Source of the DNA: Candidatus Bilamarchaeaceae archaeon
GTDB lineage: Archaea > Micrarchaeota > Micrarchaeia > Anstonellales > Bilamarchaeaceae
Reading direction: 5' to 3'
Length of the DNA stretch: 64,000 nt
Assembly: GCA_038851325.1 (NCBI GenBank)
Contig: JAWCKZ010000002.1
Span: 71,888 to 135,887 of the forward strand
Shown here: positions 59,242-64,000 of the stretch, piece after piece
How the letters are laid out: every line of letters starts with the position of its first letter
How positions within the stretch are numbered: position 1 is the stretch's first letter
Made by a program: the position numbers and the translations under genes
The notes under the pieces: model-generated
Database searches by the model: none
What the model was told of the DNA's origin: nothing
The model's input: the letters and a program-made list of their open reading frames with translations, nothing else

Positions 59242-59502
59242 TGGACTCGGAGGGATTTGAACCCCCGGCCTCCCGCGCTCTTTCAAGCCACGAGGATTTT
59301 CTCACGGCTTTTTCCAAACGGTATTTAGCTCCTGAGACAATCCTCAGGTCATAAGCACCTGCTTAGGAGCCAAATACCGTTTCCAGGGTTTTTGCCATCG
59401 GAACGACCGACGACAAAAAGCCTTGCAAGGCGGACGCTCTACCACTGCTTACCCCGAGCAAGCAAATCATAAGCTTGCTCAGGAGCTCTGAGCTACGAGC
59501 CC
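59242..59502 (-). tRNA. tRNA-Ala(UGC) with two introns (15/16, 43 nt; 37/38, 146 nt)
   Basis: Spliced: GGGCUCG UA GCUC AGUGGUA GAGC G UCCGC CUUGCAC GCGGG AGGCC GGGGG UUCAAAU CCCUC CGAGUCC A. G3-U70 pair and A73. Introns 59445-59487 and 59278-59423. Confidence 0.9.
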
Positions 59503-59723
59503 TTCGAATCTCTGCGTTAAATTAAACAAGTTTAATATTTTAACATTTTTCACTTTACTTTTCAGCTTAGCCTTAAATCCAAGACTCTTCTTCAAAGAAA
59601 TTTTTGATTTAACCAAGGCCTCCTTAAGGTGCATTCTCTTATTCTCAGTCTGCTGGGTCGGTATACCCCTGGCCTCATTTTTGCTGATTTCTCTCATGGA
59701 CCCCCTCTTCTATTTTTACTACC

Positions 59724-59755
59724 TTAACGTGATAGAAGATTAACGTGATAGAAGA
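59724..59755. repeat. 16-bp perfect tandem repeat downstream of the Sm gene
   Basis: ttaacgtgatagaaga x2. Confidence 0.9.
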
Positions 59756-59773
59756 CAGAAGTTGCAGATAAGA

Positions 59774-59998
59774 TCACGAAGGGGAAATGAAAGTTACTGA
59801 ATCTCCTCTTAAAAGGATGGTCCCTATGCCTCTCTTCACTTCTCCTTTCTCTATTTGCTCTGCCTTCTCAAGGACAATGTTCATGTGGACATCGTAAGCT
59901 ACCATCACTCCTCTGAATTCATATCCTCCTTTCATTCCAACGATTACTGTGTTATTCAGGGCGTTGTTCAAGATATCAAATGGTCTTTTTTCTGGCAT
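59774..59998 (-). CDS. Sm-like archaeal protein (SmAP/Lsm)
   Basis: RPFDIL, FRGVMVAYDVHMNIVL, LLRGDSV. Confidence 0.95.
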   Translation of the reverse strand: MPEKRPFDILNNALNNTVIVGMKGGYEFRGVMVAYDVHMNIVLEKAEQIEKGEVKRGIGTILLRGDSVTFISPS

Positions 59999-60039
59999 GT
60001 CTTTTCACCTCTCAAAATTATACTAAGATAAATAACTTT

Positions 60040-61779
60040 TTAAAATGAATAGTAGTACTCGCCCTTTTCTTTTTGCTCCCTATCAAGAACACTTCCAGGT
60101 TTGTTTATTCTTGGTCTTTTAGAGTCCTTATCCCGCCGTAATGTTATTCCAACGCCCTTTAGAAATACGTTCATTCCATCTCTTTTTGAATACGGATAAG
60201 AGGCGTGCCCGCTTACAGATGGTTTTCCATCAAATACGATTAGGCGACTTGCGACAGCATCTATGAAGACTAAGTCGTGGTCGACAACAAAAGCAGTTTT
60301 CTCCTTTTCAGCTATGATCTTTCTAAGTAAGGCTGCAAACTCAAATCGTTGTTCGATATCAAGGAACGCCGTTGGTTCATCAAAAAGGTACGCATCTGCT
60401 TCTGAGCTGAGCGCGAGCGTGATAGCGACCCGCTGTAGTTCTCCACCTGAGATTTCAGTGAGAAGTTTATCCATAAGCGGAGTTAGAGCAAGTTTTCTCT
60501 TGCATTCCTCTAGCACCTCTGTATTTAGCTTTCTTGCAGAGATAACGTCAGCCACTGTTTTTTCCTCAGGTGTTATATACTGCGGTTTATAGGATACGGA
60601 TATCTGAAGATGTTCCCCTTCATCAGGCTTTTCAACTCCTGCGAGCATCTTTACAAAAAGTGATTTACCCATTGCATTTTTTCCAACCAGCCCTATGACC
60701 TCTCCTTTTCTAACCTCACCGCCTTCGCTTGAAAACGAAAATCCCTCAAAGGATTTTTTAAGCGGTCCATATTTAAAAGCGATCGACGCCTTTGTTTCAC
60801 TTTGGCTGTGGGTTGCGAATTCGATTTCATGCTCTCTGAAGCGTACATTCTCCTCTTTAAGATAACCTCCGAGGTATTCGTTTATTCCTGCCCTGGTGCT
60901 TTTTATCTGCGATACTATACCATATGCATTTTCAGTACCATAGATAATGTAAATATAATCGCTAACATAATCAAGGATTACAAGATCATGCTCTGCGACA
61001 AGGACGCTTTTCTTCTCTGCGAGTTCTTTTACAAGTATGCCAACGCGCAATCGCTCTTCTATATCAAGATAATTCGTTACTTCGTCAAAATAATATAAAT
61101 CAGCATCCTTTGCCCATGCGACAGCGATTGCAAGTTTCTGAAGCTCCCCTCCGCTGAGGTGTACCACTTTTCTATCGAGAATCTCGCTTATCGCAAATCT
61201 TTCAGCGACAGGTTTGATGTCGTTTGTGACGGTTTTGAGTAGTTCTCCTGCCGTTCCTTTAAACACCTCGCGAATTTTGTCTATATTCTGCGGTTTTGAA
61301 CTTATTCTCAGTTTCTCTCTCGTTTCTGCGAAGTATCTTTTAATCTCTATAGGTAGTTCTTCAAACAGTTCCCCGAATACCTCGAATCTGCCAAGATTAG
61401 GCTTTAGCTGTCCGCTCAGGAGTCGTATTGCAGTCGTCTTTCCAATTCCATTCTTCCCTATTATTGATGTTGCACTTGTGCTTTTTGGCAACGGTAACCC
61501 ATAAAGTCTGAAGGCATTTACGCCATACTGAAAAAGAGGCTTATCAAGCTCTGCCGCGAGATTTATTATTTTAATTGCGTTAACAGGGCATTTTTTCACG
61601 CACAGAGCACATCCTATGCAGAGCAATTCCGAGATTACTGGAAACTCGCTATCCTTCTCCTTAACTACGCATTCCTGCGCCATCCTGTTTACAGGGCAGA
61701 CCTTTATGCAGCGGTAGCCGCACTCCTCTTTTGTGCATAAATCTCTGTCCACTATGGCGATCCTTGTTACCGATTTCAT
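60040..61779 (-). CDS. Ribosome recycling ATPase ABCE1/RLI
   Basis: RIAIVDRDLC, CPVNR, CIGCALCVKKCP Fe-S domain, two ABC cassettes, RPRINK. Confidence 0.97.
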   Translation of the reverse strand: MKSVTRIAIVDRDLCTKEECGYRCIKVCPVNRMAQECVVKEKDSEFPVISELLCIGCALCVKKCPVNAIKIINLAAELDKPLFQYGVNAFRLYGLPLPKSTSATSIIGKNGIGKTTAIRLLSGQLKPNLGRFEVFGELFEELPIEIKRYFAETREKLRISSKPQNIDKIREVFKGTAGELLKTVTNDIKPVAERFAISEILDRKVVHLSGGELQKLAIAVAWAKDADLYYFDEVTNYLDIEERLRVGILVKELAEKKSVLVAEHDLVILDYVSDYIYIIYGTENAYGIVSQIKSTRAGINEYLGGYLKEENVRFREHEIEFATHSQSETKASIAFKYGPLKKSFEGFSFSSEGGEVRKGEVIGLVGKNAMGKSLFVKMLAGVEKPDEGEHLQISVSYKPQYITPEEKTVADVISARKLNTEVLEECKRKLALTPLMDKLLTEISGGELQRVAITLALSSEADAYLFDEPTAFLDIEQRFEFAALLRKIIAEKEKTAFVVDHDLVFIDAVASRLIVFDGKPSVSGHASYPYSKRDGMNVFLKGVGITLRRDKDSKRPRINKPGSVLDREQKEKGEYYYSF

Positions 61780-61795
61780 AGGGATAACCTACTTA

Positions 61796-61831
61796 TTCGA
61801 TTCAAATTTAATCTTTCGATTCAAATTTAAT
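61796..61831. repeat. 17-bp direct repeat (19-bp period) just upstream of the ABCE1 start
   Basis: ttcgattcaaatttaat at 61796-61812 and 61815-61831. Confidence 0.85.
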
Positions 61832-62004
61832 ATCACAATATTGTTTATAAGGCGTTTCGTTGTTACGGCCATATTAAATGATCTGCTTTAACACGAGCTA
61901 CCTTAATCCATTGTTCTATTTTTTGTTGGTTTTGATGGTTTTACTGTTGCAGGTTCAAACGAAGAAGCGCATCGCGGCAGCAGACATTTATTCAAATTGC
62001 GCCG

Positions 62005-64000
62005 TTACTCAAGCTCAATCCAGAATTTGACTACACCGCTGGTGCCTTTGTACGTGCTCAGATTGGCAGGTACCCTTATTTCATAATCGTAGGTTGCACT
62101 AGAGTTTATCTCAGTCACGAATGCAACATCCTGATTCAGCGCTGTGCTGAACTCTGGTCCTCCTTGCGAAGCATCCCACACTATGCCAGTCGTAAATGTG
62201 CTATTATATGTGGTCGAGTTTGCCTGCGGAACATAGGGCACGAATCTTTTATGCAGGGTCATATCCTTTGTTTCTTTTGGGTTGCTTCCATCAGTACTGT
62301 ACGTTGCGTTAATGTTGTCAGACTCAGCAGAATAGCCAAGGAGCGTGTCGAGCTCAGTGAAATCATTTGTTGAGTTTCCGCCTGTTGTATTCCTGCCTAG
62401 CGCGGTCAGGTTCGCCCACTGTATGCTTGCATCGCCGTTTATTGCATACACCTTTCCCTTCTGGCCATTCCAGAGCCACGAGTAGAATATATCAGCCTGA
62501 TTTGGCGCAAGCAATAGTGAACCGTTGACATAGCCATAAAAGTAATGCCATACCTCTGTGCACCTAAACGTGCACCCTTCATGCCCGCTTTCGTTCCAGT
62601 TATTCCAACTATCGCATTTGTCATACTCGCCAATGTTTGTACTGTTTGTGTTATTAATATCGAATATACTATTGAAGCAAACATAGTTTTGCGTTAGATT
62701 GTTGTTTCCGGAATCTGGATTTAATTGCATACCTATCTTTAAATTATTTCTAACGATGTTTGATGATAGTGTGTTATTAAATGTTGACCACAACGTAATG
62801 CCCGATTGCGTATTATTGTATAAAGTATTATTTATCAAAATGTTAGTGTCACCAAATTCTATGTTGAATCCATGCTGCCAGTTATTATAGGCAGTATTAT
62901 TATATAAGGTATTATTATAACTCGTCCATAGGTAGAAACCATATTTGTTATCATATGCAGTATTATTGGCTACGTAATTGTTATTAGAATCCTGCCAGAA
63001 GTAGAAACCGGTGAGAGAGTTGTTATAAGCGATGTTATGGATGAATGTGTTATCAGAACTCGACGCCAAAACAAAACCCATCTCTGAGTTATCGTAAGCA
63101 ATATTATCATAAAAAGTGTTATTACGCGGGTTCACGTAGAGATAGAAACCACGCCCATTATTGTAGGCCGTATTGTTATAAACTTTATTGTTTCTAGCCG
63201 TTAAACCATACAAACGAAAGCCACAGTGGTCTGACCCTATTTGATTGTATGCGGTGTTGTTGAAAATGATATTGTTGGAGGAGGATATCCAAAAACCATC
63301 ATCTGAATTATTATTTGCCACATTATCAAAAATTAGCGTATCGTTTGCGCTGCTTGATAAAACAAATCCATAATACGTATTATTGTACGCTGCATTCCCA
63401 AATATTTTATTATACGGTGAAATGATATGAAAACCCCATAGAGAATTGTTATACGCTGTATTATTTGATATATTATTGAAACTTGAATACACATAGAAGC
63501 CAGAGTTAGCGTTGCTGTGGGCGGTGTTATTATACACTAAGTTGTTAGTGGAGTTCGTGAAAAGCCAAAAGCCATTGTCGTTTTTATAAGCAGTATTATT
63601 AAATACGCTATTGCCATGAGAGTTCTCTGCAATGCGGAATCCGCCATTCGGGTTATTATACGCAATGTTATTATAAATAGTATTATTTTCTGACTCTAAA
63701 AGATAAAAGCCAGCCCAAGAGTTATTGTATGCCGTGCTATTTGCAATAATGCTTTTTGAACTTAAACGAAGGTGAATACCATCTTGTGTGTTATTATGTG
63801 TAGTTACATTCAGAATAAAAGTTTCATTGGAGGCATAGACATAAACACCATATGTGTAGTTCGATATGCTCTGGCAATTTTTGATAGTTACGTTAAGTAG
63901 GGAGCCGTTTAGTAGAACGCCGTACGTATTCCCAGAAGTTCCATTATTAGTTATGTTATAGCCATTGCAGTCGTAGAGCACGTTTGAGGCAGCTATCTTT
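62005..64000 (-). CDS. Parallel beta-helix (NosD/CASH-type) repeat surface protein, 5' end beyond window
   Basis: Many NNTAYNN-x-x-GF repeats, very high N-glycosylation sequon density; frame open to the window edge. Confidence 0.88.
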   Translation of the reverse strand, partial: KIAASNVLYDCNGYNITNNGTSGNTYGVLLNGSLLNVTIKNCQSISNYTYGVYVYASNETFILNVTTHNNTQDGIHLRLSSKSIIANSTAYNNSWAGFYLLESENNTIYNNIAYNNPNGGFRIAENSHGNSVFNNTAYKNDNGFWLFTNSTNNLVYNNTAHSNANSGFYVYSSFNNISNNTAYNNSLWGFHIISPYNKIFGNAAYNNTYYGFVLSSSANDTLIFDNVANNNSDDGFWISSSNNIIFNNTAYNQIGSDHCGFRLYGLTARNNKVYNNTAYNNGRGFYLYVNPRNNTFYDNIAYDNSEMGFVLASSSDNTFIHNIAYNNSLTGFYFWQDSNNNYVANNTAYDNKYGFYLWTSYNNTLYNNTAYNNWQHGFNIEFGDTNILINNTLYNNTQSGITLWSTFNNTLSSNIVRNNLKIGMQLNPDSGNNNLTQNYVCFNSIFDINNTNSTNIGEYDKCDSWNNWNESGHEGCTFRCTEVWHYFYGYVNGSLLLAPNQADIFYSWLWNGQKGKVYAINGDASIQWANLTALGRNTTGGNSTNDFTELDTLLGYSAESDNINATYSTDGSNPKETKDMTLHKRFVPYVPQANSTTYNSTFTTGIVWDASQGGPEFSTALNQDVAFVTEINSSATYDYEIRVPANLSTYKGTSGVVKFWIELE

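Noticed and set aside
59330..59365. Possible C/D box guide in the long tRNA-Ala intron (UUAUGA, CUGA, UGAGGA)
   Set aside because: Motifs overlap each other, with no C...D'...C'...D spacing or guide regions.

Overview
Gene-dense archaeal chromosome segment, most likely from a DPANN archaeon and probably Micrarchaeota-like. Support: archaeal uS12/uS7/EF-2, eS1, uS15, NAC, Rpp21, CarS, IDI-2, CDC48, Bud32, ABCE1 and SmAP genes, GGTGA/GGAGG Shine-Dalgarno motifs, and multi-intron tRNAs with relaxed bulge-helix-bulge (BHB) motifs. Most of the window is housekeeping. Embedded in it are several bacterial-type or unusual genes: (1) a GAF-GGDEF diguanylate cyclase with GGEEF and RxxD I-site; (2) a RelA/SpoT homologue with a degenerate hydrolase domain, recognisable synthetase motifs and no regulatory C-terminus; (3) an ankyrin-repeat protein; (4) a LipA-like radical SAM protein lacking its auxiliary-cluster ligands; (5) an 11.6 kb run of three giant envelope proteins, one with a lytic-transglycosylase (SLT) catalytic signature and one with a glycine-zipper/coiled-coil/TM layout like a fusogen or pore-former. 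Together these may form an undescribed apparatus for contacting or manipulating peptidoglycan-walled bacteria (inference). Non-coding highlights: tRNA-Lys(UUU) with three introns, tRNA-Ala(UGC) with two introns (one 146 nt, highly structured and sharing sequence with the other), and a ~190 nt structured leader before rps12. No CRISPR array, rRNA or transposase was seen. All product calls come from motif recognition by eye; no database searches were run.
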